31,438 bases of DNA. Source: Candidatus Hydrogenedentota bacterium (GTDB lineage Bacteria > Hydrogenedentota > Hydrogenedentia > Hydrogenedentales > SLHB01). Below the pieces are notes generated by a model. The model was not told the origin of the DNA, searched no databases, and worked only from the letters and a program-made list of their open reading frames with translations. The position numbers were made by a program, and so were the translations under genes. Of the stretch, positions 1 to 9,610 are shown in pieces (the stretch's first letter is position 1; every line of letters starts with the position of its first letter). The stretch spans positions 1-31,438 of the forward strand of contig JARKSN010000097.1 in assembly GCA_029974275.1 (NCBI GenBank), read 5' to 3'.

Positions 1-282
1 ATCAAAGGACATGCCAAAACGCGCAAACGATTCCGCATTGGCCGCGTGGTACCGGTCGATAACGTCCTGCGGCGAGATGCCCTCCTTGAGCGCGGTGAGC
101 GTGATGGGCACGCCGTATTCGTCCGAGCCGCAGATATAGAGCACTTTTTTGCCGCGCAAGCGCTTGTACCGCACATAGATATCCGCGGGCAAATACGCTC
201 CCGCAAGGTGGCCCAGGTGAATGTGCCCGTTGGCGTACGGCAAGGCACTGGTGACCAGCGTTCTCTCAAACTTCGTGGACAT
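1..282 (-). CDS. metG: Methionyl-tRNA synthetase, 5' part (runs off the left edge)
   Basis: Not in the ORF track; translated by hand from ATG at 282: [64 protein letters not shown]... Contains the class I HIGH-type motif (HLGH) in the MetRS context LPYANG..HLGH and GSDExG. GGAG RBS upstream. Confidence 0.96.
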   Translation of the reverse strand, partial: MSTKFERTLVTSALPYANGHIHLGHLAGAYLPADIYVRYKRLRGKKVLYICGSDEYGVPITLTALKEGISPQDVIDRYHAANAESFARFGMSFD

Positions 283-342
283 GGCGTCTCCTGCTGCCTG
301 AACCATCCTCGTGATTCCGCTTCTCGGCGCGGAATCGCAAGG

Positions 343-371
343 ATTTTAGCCCATATCGGAGGCGTAATCCA
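343..371 (-). promoter_or_regulatory. Candidate sigma70-type promoter for metG
   Basis: Minus strand TGGATT-N17-TAAAAT, about 60 nt upstream of the ATG. An 8-bp inverted repeat GATTCCGC/GCGGAATC (313-336) lies just downstream. Confidence 0.4.
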
Positions 372-743
372 GCCCTCGAATCGCGCCGAGGATCAGGCAA
401 TACCCACGAATCGACTCTCCGCTCCCCTGCCATGCCGCCACATGCCCCCGCCAAAACGCCTCCCGCTCCGAAGCCCCACTCGTCCCACGCGCCAGTGCTC
501 CGCCTCCTCTGCAATGGCTACCATTCTCGCACCAACGCCATCGGTTGAAAAGACGCCCTTCACCGGACGGTTACGGAAATATAGAAAACGCCAGGCAACC
601 CACACTGAATCCACAAGCGGAGAGAAAGAACCGGGACGTCACGCCCCTTCCCAAGATGCCAAGCCCCCTGCAACGCCAACGCATTTGCCAAGCGCGTCGC
701 GCCCATGCGCACCATCCGTACCGAACGCCCAACCGAAACCCCG

Positions 744-1253
744 TCACACCTTCGGAGCCAACAAGGTCACGCGGCAATCAAGCCCCTTCCCCTGCTTACT
801 AGGACCAAGTTCGCGCAAATCCTGCACAATAACCATCGAATTGCTAGAAAATATCTTATGCAGCAACTGGACCACCTCCTCAAGACTGGCCCCCGTCACG
901 CTCAACTCAAGCTGGGTCATGCTCGTCGACGCCGTAACCGCCGTCGTCAGATTCGAACGATCCTGAAGGTTCAGCTCCTGCATCGCCCGGTTGACAACCG
1001 TCCACAAATCCCCTTGAGCGCTCGCCGAACGGGCTTGGTCCAGCAAATCCTTTTCGCTTTTCCGAATCGCAACCAGCTCGTCATGCCAACGCTGCACCCG
1101 CTCAAGCTTCTGGCGGGCCGCCGCAACACGAGACTTCCCCCCCAAATACGCCCGCACCGGCTCCGGCGCATACACGACCGCAACCACCGCCAAAGCGATG
1201 GCAACAGCCGCCAAAATCGTTTTCTGCCGTTTCAACATGGACACGTTCGCCAC
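744..1253 (-). CDS. gspM: T2SS inner-membrane protein M-like (GspM/PilO-like)
   Basis: N-terminal TM segment, coiled coil, then a ferredoxin-like C-terminus (LELSVTGASLEEVVQLLHKI). Last gene after gspL in the gsp operon. Confidence 0.7.
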   Translation of the reverse strand: MANVSMLKRQKTILAAVAIALAVVAVVYAPEPVRAYLGGKSRVAAARQKLERVQRWHDELVAIRKSEKDLLDQARSASAQGDLWTVVNRAMQELNLQDRSNLTTAVTASTSMTQLELSVTGASLEEVVQLLHKIFSSNSMVIVQDLRELGPSKQGKGLDCRVTLLAPKV

Positions 1254-1274
1254 TATCCGACTCCCTCCTCACCC

Positions 1275-2807
1275 TCAACGCTTGGCATTGATGGTAAACG
1301 TCGACTTTCCATCCTTGAAGTTCCTGACAGGCTCTTCGTCCACCGTCATGACCTTCGAGGCCCGCAACATGCTCAACATCTGTTCAAAAGCGCTTGGGTC
1401 CTGAATCTCGCCCGTGATGATGACCCGCGCATCCCTGCCCCCCGTCAAACGCAGCCCCGTCAACGACACCCTGCCGCTCGGCATGGCTTGCGCCAACTCT
1501 CTGAGAACATCCAACACCGTCGCTCGCGCAAAAATCTCGGGATCCAACGCCGAAGCGGAACGCGCATGCTTCTCGCGCTCGGCCACAAACTGATCATACG
1601 TCCGCGCCCCCCCCGGATCAGGAACCGGACGCTGCTTGAACTCGCGCTCGGACTCCGGAAACGAATCCTCATACAACGCCCAAATCTGCGCGCCGATTCG
1701 CTCATAATCATCCTGACTCTTCCGATAGCTTGCATACGTCAGCCCCGCCGCCGCCACCAACGCTGCCAACGACAACGCCCCCGAAAACGCCGCATGACGC
1801 AAAAACGTCTTCATTACGCCCGAAGGAGCAAGCTCTCCCCGCGCAAAATCAAGCGCTCGCCCCCCCTCCATCGCCGCAAACGCCGTCCCCATCACCGCAT
1901 CCCAATACGCATACCGGGGCCGCGCACACAACGCCCCCGCCTCCCCCACGTCCGCCGCTCCCTCTTCCGGTCCCTGTTTCTCCCGCTTCCCTTCAGAAAA
2001 AACCTCGCCAAACGTCACCGGCACCGAAACGCCATCCGCGAACAATTGGCGCTCATCATCAAACAACTCCGCCCCTACGACACACAGGCCCTCGACCGTC
2101 TCGGCCCCTCTCCACTGCGCCTGAAACGCCCGCAACGTATTCTGCACTTCCCGCGCCGCCATGCCCGGATTCAGGTGCATCTGCGCCGCCGTGCACGTCA
2201 AACAACGAAAATACGCCAACGACCTCCCATACGCCACCGAAAGCGAAACCCCCTCCTCCCGCACGTGCAACGCCGCATGCAATCCCGAAGGATACTTCGC
2301 ATGCGCCTGCCACAACCGCGCCATGCCCACGGCATCAAGACCTATCGCCGCCGGAACCACGCCCGCCGCACGAAGCGCCTCCACCTGTTCCTTGAGCTGC
2401 GCCTGATGCACCCCGACCGCCAAAACCTCCGTCTCGCCATCAACTTCCCGAATCGTTGAAAAATCCACCGACAACTCTTCCAACGGAAAGGCCAAAAATG
2501 GCTCCAACTCGAACGGAACCGCCGCCGCCACCTTGCGACGACCGCGAAACGGCAACCGCAACCCGCGCACCACCGCCAAACGACTGCTCGCACACAACAC
2601 ATATGCCGCGGGACGTATCCGCACCGCCTCCACCGCACGCCGCGCAGCCGCCGCCATCGCCTCAAAACGCGCGCCAGACTCGCCGATGACGATCGGCTCC
2701 ACATGAAACGCCAACGCCGCCGGAAGCCCCCTCCCCGTCTTGACAACGGCCAGACGCACCTCTCGCTCCGCAAACTCGATGGCCCCAATTTTGGCGAAAA
2801 ACCTCAT
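1275..2807 (-). CDS. gspL: T2SS protein L-like (PilM-like cytoplasmic domain, TM, PilN-like periplasmic domain)
   Basis: IGAIEFAEREVRLAVV, LRLPF...VPFELEPFLAFPLEELSVDF typical of GspL/PilM; TM near residue 345; C-terminal VLDVLRELAQAMP...VIITGE. 4-nt overlap with gspK. Confidence 0.82.
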   Translation of the reverse strand: MRFFAKIGAIEFAEREVRLAVVKTGRGLPAALAFHVEPIVIGESGARFEAMAAAARRAVEAVRIRPAAYVLCASSRLAVVRGLRLPFRGRRKVAAAVPFELEPFLAFPLEELSVDFSTIREVDGETEVLAVGVHQAQLKEQVEALRAAGVVPAAIGLDAVGMARLWQAHAKYPSGLHAALHVREEGVSLSVAYGRSLAYFRCLTCTAAQMHLNPGMAAREVQNTLRAFQAQWRGAETVEGLCVVGAELFDDERQLFADGVSVPVTFGEVFSEGKREKQGPEEGAADVGEAGALCARPRYAYWDAVMGTAFAAMEGGRALDFARGELAPSGVMKTFLRHAAFSGALSLAALVAAAGLTYASYRKSQDDYERIGAQIWALYEDSFPESEREFKQRPVPDPGGARTYDQFVAEREKHARSASALDPEIFARATVLDVLRELAQAMPSGRVSLTGLRLTGGRDARVIITGEIQDPSAFEQMLSMLRASKVMTVDEEPVRNFKDGKSTFTINAKR

Positions 2808-4102
2808 CGAATCACTCTCCAGTCTAAAATCCTAAAAACCTGTTCCTGCTGCACGCCCTGAATGGAAACGCCGCGCGACCGCCCCCCCGCCTCCTGCGCC
2901 TCCCCGCTATTGCGCCGGACAAACGCCTCGATCCGCACCTGCGTATTTCCCGCATAACCATCGCCCTGAATGCGAAACGTCTTGCTCGCCGCGACAAACA
3001 TCTTCGTCCCCTGGGCCGTCTGCCCCTCCGCCTCCACGCCGCGCCCTCTCGCCAGATCTCCGTCCACATCCGCCCCTACGACCCCCGGCGCCACTATCAT
3101 CATATTCTGACTCGTAATATCGCTCACCCCCTGAAACGGCTGCCTCTCCCGAAGAGTCAAAATCGCCTCCGGCGACGGAACCGCCCCCGGCGCACCCAGT
3201 CTGCGAGCGGCCTCGGCCATCGCGTCAAGCACTTCCAAGCGGGCCGTGTTGATGTTCACGCGCCCCCTCGAATCACCATGCACCGTCAAATACTCGGACA
3301 ACGGCAACATTGCCTCGCCACTCCGCGAATCCTTCACGTCGGGGTCCCCAAAATACAAAGCCGGCGACACGCCTCGCACCAGCAACAATTCCTCAATGGA
3401 ACTCAATGGGCCATTCTTGCACCCATACGGCGTCTCCAACGACCCATAATAATCCGATTCCGCCCCGTTGCCGTTCCGCTGCGGCGCATCATCCGGATCG
3501 CCGCTATCCGGCCCATCGATCCAATCCAAAATTGCGTCGACCGGATCTCCTTCCACCCCCAACGCGCTAGCCCGCGCCTCAAAAAAAACGCGCAACGCCT
3601 CGGCCAAGAAAACGTTCTGACTCGCTTCCTGATCCCCTTGTCCCTCGCCCCCACGCCGCACGATAAGGGCGTTCACATTCAACTTGCCGCTCTCGTCGGC
3701 CACATCCCACGACATCACGCCGTCATTGATTTCCTGATAGGCCAACGGCGCATCTGCGCGGCGAGTAAACCACACATCCTGCTCACTGTCAACCTGCGAC
3801 GCGCAGGAAGGTCCCTGCCCCGCCCCCCCCGCGCCGCTCCCTGCCGATTCGTTCAAGTCCGCCGCCAACAACGACATCCCCATCGCAACCGCCGACCGCG
3901 CCGCAACATAGGCGTCAAATTCCGTATCGCCGCTCTCAACAATCGAAGCGTCCACGCTCGTCTCATAACAAAACTCAACCACCAACGCAGACAACAAAAC
4001 AATAAACAACAAGGCCACCAGCAACGCCACCCCTTCGCGCCCCTCGCGACCTCCCGGCGCCGCGCCCCCCCAGCGCCCATCGGGCGACTTTCCGCGCCTC
4101 AT
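2804..4102 (-). CDS. gspK: T2SS minor pseudopilin K
   Basis: EG/VALLVALLFIVLL prepilin-like N-terminus lacking Glu5; DESGKLNVN, DAILDWID, KNGPLSSIEELLLVRG and RVNINTA are GspK motifs. Confidence 0.93.
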   Translation of the reverse strand: MRRGKSPDGRWGGAAPGGREGREGVALLVALLFIVLLSALVVEFCYETSVDASIVESGDTEFDAYVAARSAVAMGMSLLAADLNESAGSGAGGAGQGPSCASQVDSEQDVWFTRRADAPLAYQEINDGVMSWDVADESGKLNVNALIVRRGGEGQGDQEASQNVFLAEALRVFFEARASALGVEGDPVDAILDWIDGPDSGDPDDAPQRNGNGAESDYYGSLETPYGCKNGPLSSIEELLLVRGVSPALYFGDPDVKDSRSGEAMLPLSEYLTVHGDSRGRVNINTARLEVLDAMAEAARRLGAPGAVPSPEAILTLRERQPFQGVSDITSQNMMIVAPGVVGADVDGDLARGRGVEAEGQTAQGTKMFVAASKTFRIQGDGYAGNTQVRIEAFVRRNSGEAQEAGGRSRGVSIQGVQQEQVFRILDWRVIR

Positions 4103-4926
4103 TCGCCGTCCTCCCCACTATCATCCAGCGCAGCGCCCTCAACCCGGTCCGACATCAACCCCTCGCCCCGGGGAATCGGCACGACCATCTCGAAATCCGG
4201 AGACTCGGACGGGTCCACCCCATCCTCCCGTTCTTCGGCAAGCTGCGCCTCGGTCTTGGCGAAATTAATGCGGATCCGAACGCACCACGGCAAACGTCCC
4301 CGCTCCTGCGAATTCCAATCATCGCACCACGTTTGACCATCAAAATAATCCAGATTCATCGATCGAACGGGAACCGTCCAGCTCGAAGTCGCAACGGCCG
4401 CATCCTCGCCCCGAGACGCCTCCTCCAACCGGTCCTGCACGGCGTCCGCATCCGACACATCCACGCCGCCAGCCAACAAAGGAGCCTCCGTCACCTCAAG
4501 CCGATCCACAACGGACCGTTCCGCGATCCATTCCTCCCTCTCCGCTCCAAGCGCTTCCTCGCTCGAGACGATTGCATATCGGACGCGTTTCAAATCGCCC
4601 GGCAACCCCATGCCGCCCGCCAACGGAGCCGACGAGCAAAACGCCACCGAATCCTTGGCCGACTCCCCGTCGCCATCGTCGATCGCCTCGAACAAAAAAA
4701 TGGGATCGGAATCGCCCGCCCCTTCGTACACCGACGCCGCCGTGAAATTCGCGTGAAAACTCTGCGCCATGAACTGCCGCAGACGCATCTCCTCCGCGCT
4801 TCGCCGAGCCCGATCGATCGAACGGGTCGATGTGGCAAAACTCGCATACACAAGCGCCGTTATCACCGCAAGTATGGCGATAGCTATCATGATCTCGATA
4901 AGAGTGAAACCGCGCGACCCCATCAT
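4099..4926 (-). CDS. gspJ: T2SS minor pseudopilin J
   Basis: RG/FTLIEIMIAIAILA prepilin motif; C-terminal YFDGQTWCDDWNS...LPWCVRIRI typical of GspJ; overlaps both neighbours. Confidence 0.85.
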   Translation of the reverse strand: MMGSRGFTLIEIMIAIAILAVITALVYASFATSTRSIDRARRSAEEMRLRQFMAQSFHANFTAASVYEGAGDSDPIFLFEAIDDGDGESAKDSVAFCSSAPLAGGMGLPGDLKRVRYAIVSSEEALGAEREEWIAERSVVDRLEVTEAPLLAGGVDVSDADAVQDRLEEASRGEDAAVATSSWTVPVRSMNLDYFDGQTWCDDWNSQERGRLPWCVRIRINFAKTEAQLAEEREDGVDPSESPDFEMVVPIPRGEGLMSDRVEGAALDDSGEDGE

Positions 4927-5312
4927 CGCCTCGTATCATATAGAAACATGGTCTTCTCGAAGGTCTCGCGTTCCGTTTTCACGACAACCCTTATCTGGTA
5001 GAAACCGGGAACATACTCATTCACGACCGCCGCATCGAACGAATACGAACAACCGGGATGCCGCTCGCCAAAATCGCCCGTCCCGCTCACATTTCCCGCA
5101 AGCACGTCAATCTCGGCCTGCGCCAACGCCCGCTGCACAAGCTGGCGCGCCGCCAGCGATCCGCTGTTGCTGCTGTGAAGCCGCAACCCGTTGTACTGCG
5201 CGTCAAGAAGCACAAACAACGCCACCCCCAAAATCGCCAACGCGATCATCACCTCCACCAACGTGAACCCGCGATCGGCCCAAACGCCGCGCCCATCCCC
5301 CCGCGTAAACAT
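4923..5312 (-). CDS. gspI: T2SS minor pseudopilin I
   Basis: RG/FTLVEVMIALAILG motif, short pilin. Start moved from 5369 to the ATG at 5312, which overlaps the gspH stop (TGATG). Confidence 0.85.
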   Translation of the reverse strand: MFTRGDGRGVWADRGFTLVEVMIALAILGVALFVLLDAQYNGLRLHSSNSGSLAARQLVQRALAQAEIDVLAGNVSGTGDFGERHPGCSYSFDAAVVNEYVPGFYQIRVVVKTERETFEKTMFLYDTRR

Positions 5313-6121
5313 CACGTGCCCCGAGGCTCCCCTTCGTACGCCCGACCGCTCGCCGTGATCGGATCCCACACGACCGTATAGACATCCCCCGCATCATTCA
5401 CGACCATGAAATAGACCGGAGCCCCCATCCCCGCCGGCGAAACGGAAACCTCCGCCTTGCCCTTGGAAAAACCTTCCTTGCCAATTTGCACCTTGGCGAT
5501 TCGAATCCCCTCCGGCAACGCCGCCCGACTCAACGTCGGATACGTGATCAAAACGGCATCCTCCCGCTCCTCCTTGCCGCCATCAAAACCCTCATCCAGG
5601 GAAAATTTGCCGAATTTCGGACCAATATCGCCAAGAAACCCGTCCGATTTCACGTTCCGGGCGCGCGCCTCGAGCGTCACGCGCACAAACCGATCAAACT
5701 GCTCGCGCATCAGCTCCGTCCGCTGCGCGTCATCCAGATCGCCATCTCGGATCCGCTCCACAAGCGTTTTGCTCCCGTCCTCCTCCCCCTGCCGCCCCGC
5801 GTCATCGCCGTCAAACAGCCGGGTGCGCTTGCGGCCGCCTTGCGCGCTCTCATCCTTCTGCTTCGTCTCGTAACGAGTGGCATAATATTCCTGTGCATCC
5901 AAATCGATGACCACGGTGATGCTTTCGCGAGACAACACGCTGTACGCAATGGCGGAACGGCCGAACGACGCCAAATGCCGCGCCTCGGCCTCGTGCCTGC
6001 TAAATGCTATGGCGGGAAGCAAACGGGGCATGGCCACGGCCATCATGATGGAAATGAGCGCCAACACCACGGTCAACTCGATGAGCGTGAAGCCGACACG
6101 ACTCTCATTGCGCGTCAACAT
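5312..6121 (-). CDS. gspH: T2SS minor pseudopilin H-like, unusually long
   Basis: VG/FTLIELTVVLALISIMMAVAMP prepilin motif; position between gspG and gspI; C-terminal VVWDPITASGR. Confidence 0.78.
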   Translation of the reverse strand: MLTRNESRVGFTLIELTVVLALISIMMAVAMPRLLPAIAFSRHEAEARHLASFGRSAIAYSVLSRESITVVIDLDAQEYYATRYETKQKDESAQGGRKRTRLFDGDDAGRQGEEDGSKTLVERIRDGDLDDAQRTELMREQFDRFVRVTLEARARNVKSDGFLGDIGPKFGKFSLDEGFDGGKEEREDAVLITYPTLSRAALPEGIRIAKVQIGKEGFSKGKAEVSVSPAGMGAPVYFMVVNDAGDVYTVVWDPITASGRAYEGEPRGT

Positions 6122-6169
6122 GCCGTGACGCCTCCCGATGCCGCTTGAAAGACCTCGATCGATCGGCGA

Positions 6170-6613
6170 TCAATCGTTGCCTTGTAGATTCCAGCTCTCG
6201 ATATCGGCATCGTAGCCCGTGCCGCCGGGCTGGCCGTCGCGCCCATACGAAACAATCTCAAAATCCTTGTCGCGCGCGCCCGGAGAGGTATACACATACG
6301 GATTGCCCCACGGATCCTTCGGCACGCTGTCCGAATCAAGAAGCTTCTCCTTGGGATTGTTGATCAGCGCCTCAAGCCCCTCGCCCGTCGTCGGGAACTT
6401 ATGGAACTTGGTGTGGTACGCTATCAACGCCGTCTTGAAATTGCTGATCTGCGCCTTGGCGGCCTTCACGTTGGCGTCATCCAGACGCCCCACCATCTTG
6501 GGCACCACCACCGCCGCCAAAATGCCGATGATGGCGATCACCACCATCAACTCCATCAACGTGAAACCCGCCGCATTCCCAGTCCTGCCAGGACCGATCT
6601 GTCTCGTGTTCAT
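6170..6613 (-). CDS. gspG: T2SS major pseudopilin G
   Basis: AG/FTLMELMVVIAIIGILAAVVVP, FPTTGEGLEAL, PKDPWGNPYVY, SYGRDGQPGG..DADI; GAGGAG RBS. Confidence 0.97.
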   Translation of the reverse strand: MNTRQIGPGRTGNAAGFTLMELMVVIAIIGILAAVVVPKMVGRLDDANVKAAKAQISNFKTALIAYHTKFHKFPTTGEGLEALINNPKEKLLDSDSVPKDPWGNPYVYTSPGARDKDFEIVSYGRDGQPGGTGYDADIESWNLQGND

Positions 6614-6645
6614 TCCCGTAACTCCTCGCGCCCAGCGGACGCAAC

Positions 6646-7869
6646 CTACATCCGATTGCTCATGTCCAAAATGGGCAACAGAATCGACATGACCAAAAAA
6701 CCCACGAATCCGCCCATCACCACTATCATGACCGGCTCCAATAGGCCCACCATGGCCTCCACCGTCATCTCCACGTCATCGTCATACGCGTCAGCCGCCT
6801 TGACCAGCATCGCCTCCAGCTGTCCGCTCTTCTGCCCCAATTCCGCCATATGGACCAACATGGGCGGAAACACGCCCGACTCTTTCAGCGGCGCGGCCAA
6901 ATCGCGCCCGCGGCGCACACCGCTTTTAACGTCGTCCAGAGCGTTTTCGATGACACGATTCTGAACAACCGACCGGACAACGTCCAGCGCGTTCATCATC
7001 GACAAACCGCTTTCCAGCATCGTGCCCAACGTGCGCGCAAACCGGGCGCACACCAACTTGGTCTGCAACGGCCCCATCAGCGGAAGCTTCAACAAAAACG
7101 CATCCCACCGGCGCCGCCCTTCCTCCCGCGCAACCCAACTCCGCCACAACCCATACACACACACCGCCGCTATGGCCACGGCCCACCAATACGAACGGGT
7201 GAAATCGCAAATGCCCATCAACGCCCGGGTCATGAACGGAATGGCTATCTTCTGCTTCTCGAACACCACGACGATCCGCGGCAGAACCACGGCCATCAAC
7301 AACGCGACCATGCCCGTGCCCACCACCGCCATGAAAATGGGATACATGAGCATCGAGACCAGTCGATTGCGAAGCTTTACCTGGTGTTCCTGAATATCCG
7401 CCAGACGGAACAACACCGCCTCAAGCGCGCCGCTGGTCTCGCCCGCGCCCACCATGTTGACGTATAACTGGCTGAACACGCGCGGATGCCCCCGCAACGC
7501 GTCCGCCAGCGTGCCGCCCTCGTTGACTTTGGCGCGCACGTCATACAAAACCCGGCGCAGCCGCTGGTTGGAGGTCTGATCCAGCAACGCGCCCATCGCT
7601 TCGACCAGCGGCATCCCCGCCTGCAACAACACGGCCAACTGCCGCGTCGCCAACGACACTTCCCGCATCGAAATGCGCCCGCGCGTCGCGCCGACGCCAT
7701 CCCCCGCCCCCTTCGCCTCCACCTTCCCGAAGGTCTCGGCCAAATGCGTGGGGCTGAGGTCCTGTTCCCGCAATTTACGGCGCGCCGCCGCAGGCGATTC
7801 GGCGTCGATCACGCCCTTGACCGTCTTGCCGGTGAGCCGAGCAATCGCCTGATATTCAAAAACGGCCAT
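6646..7869 (-). CDS. gspF: T2SS inner-membrane platform protein F
   Basis: Start taken at MAVFEYQA (7869). TRQLAVLLQAGMPLVEA, YVNMVGAGETSGAL and LLEPVMIVVMGG motifs, with two GspF repeats. Confidence 0.96.
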   Translation of the reverse strand: MAVFEYQAIARLTGKTVKGVIDAESPAAARRKLREQDLSPTHLAETFGKVEAKGAGDGVGATRGRISMREVSLATRQLAVLLQAGMPLVEAMGALLDQTSNQRLRRVLYDVRAKVNEGGTLADALRGHPRVFSQLYVNMVGAGETSGALEAVLFRLADIQEHQVKLRNRLVSMLMYPIFMAVVGTGMVALLMAVVLPRIVVVFEKQKIAIPFMTRALMGICDFTRSYWWAVAIAAVCVYGLWRSWVAREEGRRRWDAFLLKLPLMGPLQTKLVCARFARTLGTMLESGLSMMNALDVVRSVVQNRVIENALDDVKSGVRRGRDLAAPLKESGVFPPMLVHMAELGQKSGQLEAMLVKAADAYDDDVEMTVEAMVGLLEPVMIVVMGGFVGFLVMSILLPILDMSNRM

Positions 7870-7876
7870 GCAGCGC

Positions 7877-9610
7877 CTAGGTGGCGACCTCCTCAATGAG
7901 ATCATCCCGCGTCACGCGCATGACCTCTTCGATGGTGGACACGCCTTGAAACACCTTCGAGGCCCCGTCCTCCCGCAAGGTCCGCATGCCCTCGCGCTTG
8001 GCCTCGCGCTTGATCATATTCGAGTCCGCGCCCTTCAACGTCATGTCCTGAATGCGCGGCGTCATCGTCAACAACTCAAAAATGCCCGTGCGCCCATAGT
8101 ACCCGCGCCCTTGGCACCGCTCGCAACCGCGCCCCCGCCACGCCATGCGCCCATCCACCTCGTTCGGCGGAACCCCCAACTCCAAAAGCGTCTCCCGCTC
8201 GGGCACGTATTCCTCGCGGCAATGCATGCAAATGCGCCGGACCAAACGCTGCGCCATGATCGCAATCGTCGAGGAACTCACCAGGAACGGCTCGATCCCC
8301 ATGTTGACAAGACGCGTGATCGCCCCCGCGGAATCGTTGGTGTGCAACGTCGCAAAAACAAGATGCCCCGTAAGCGACGCCTGCACCGCCATCTCGGCCG
8401 TCTCATGATCGCGAATCTCCCCGACCAGAATGACGTCCGGGTCCTGCCGCAAAATGCTGCGCAACCCCGCCGCAAAGGTAAGGCCGATCTTCGGACGCAC
8501 CTGTATCTGGCCTATCCCCGCCATCTGATATTCAATGGGGTCCTCCACCGTAATGATGTTCTTGTCGGGAGAATTGACGCGCTGCAACGCGGCGTACAAC
8601 GTCGTCGATTTGCCCGACCCCGTGGGGCCCGTCACCAAAATAATCCCATGCGAACTCGTGATAATCTTGTCGACCAGGGTATAGTCGTGCCGGTCCATGC
8701 CAAGCTCTTCAAGACCAAACAGGAAATTGCCCTTTTCCAGGATGCGCATCACGACGCGTTCGCCGAATGCAACGGGGATCACCGAGACGCGGATATCGAT
8801 TTCCTTGCCGCTCAACCGGATCTTGATGCGCCCGTCCTGAGGCAGTCTGTGCTCGGCGATATTCAGATTCGCCATGATCTTGATGCGCGACGTGATCGCC
8901 GCTTCCTGCGATTTCGGCATCGTCAACTTCTCATACAGCACGCCGTCAATGCGATACCGCACGCGCACCTCGCGCTCAAACGGCTCGACGTGAATATCCG
9001 AAGCGCGCTCCTTCACCGCGCCGCTGATAAGCAGATTGATGATCTTGATGATCGGGGCCTCGTTGGCGAGATCAAGCAAATCCCGATCCGAATCGGTCTC
9101 CACCGCCTGGAGATTGCCCTCCTCGTCCTCCGCCAGCACGATGTTGTCAATCATGTCCGCCGCATTCTCGCCCTGCTGATCGAAATAGCCGTCGATAAGA
9201 ACCTGAATGTCCTCCCGGCGGCACAACACCGGCGCCAAAGGGGCCTGAAGCAACAAACGCAAATCGTCCAACGGCAGCAAATTCGTCGGATCGTTCAACG
9301 CGATGCTATACGCGCCGTCCTCCTGCCGATACGGAGCCATGCAATACTCGCGGATGAAATGAATCGGCGCTTTCAGCGCCAGCGTCGGATCCATCCGCTT
9401 GCGCATGTCGCGATCAAACGGAATATCGAACTGTTCCGCCAGCGCATCGAGGACATGATCCTCTTCCAGATAGCCCAAATCCATCAAGATTTCGCCGATC
9501 CGCTTGCTCCGAATGCGCTGCAATTCCAGGGCCTCGTCGATCTCCTCCTGATGGGAATGGCCCAGCCGGACCAGTATTTCGCCCAAACGGGCGGCGCGTT
9601 GCATCGTCAC
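7877..9610 (-). CDS. gspE: T2SS ATPase E
   Basis: ASDIHVEP, RLPQDGR, Walker A GPTGSGKS, TVEDPIEY, LRQDPDVILVGEIRD, tetracysteine CMHC...CERC. The N-terminal RLGEILV..G...RIGEIL resembles a MshEN-type domain. Start could be the ATG at 9604. Confidence 0.97.
   Translation of the reverse strand: MTMQRAARLGEILVRLGHSHQEEIDEALELQRIRSKRIGEILMDLGYLEEDHVLDALAEQFDIPFDRDMRKRMDPTLALKAPIHFIREYCMAPYRQEDGAYSIALNDPTNLLPLDDLRLLLQAPLAPVLCRREDIQVLIDGYFDQQGENAADMIDNIVLAEDEEGNLQAVETDSDRDLLDLANEAPIIKIINLLISGAVKERASDIHVEPFEREVRVRYRIDGVLYEKLTMPKSQEAAITSRIKIMANLNIAEHRLPQDGRIKIRLSGKEIDIRVSVIPVAFGERVVMRILEKGNFLFGLEELGMDRHDYTLVDKIITSSHGIILVTGPTGSGKSTTLYAALQRVNSPDKNIITVEDPIEYQMAGIGQIQVRPKIGLTFAAGLRSILRQDPDVILVGEIRDHETAEMAVQASLTGHLVFATLHTNDSAGAITRLVNMGIEPFLVSSSTIAIMAQRLVRRICMHCREEYVPERETLLELGVPPNEVDGRMAWRGRGCERCQGRGYYGRTGIFELLTMTPRIQDMTLKGADSNMIKREAKREGMRTLREDGASKVFQGVSTIEEVMRVTRDDLIEEVAT

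Noticed and set aside
46..2459. Long plus-strand ORFs 46-966, 705-2459 and 1730-2395
   Set aside because: Arg/Pro-rich antisense shadows of metG, gspM and gspL in GC-rich DNA; no motifs.
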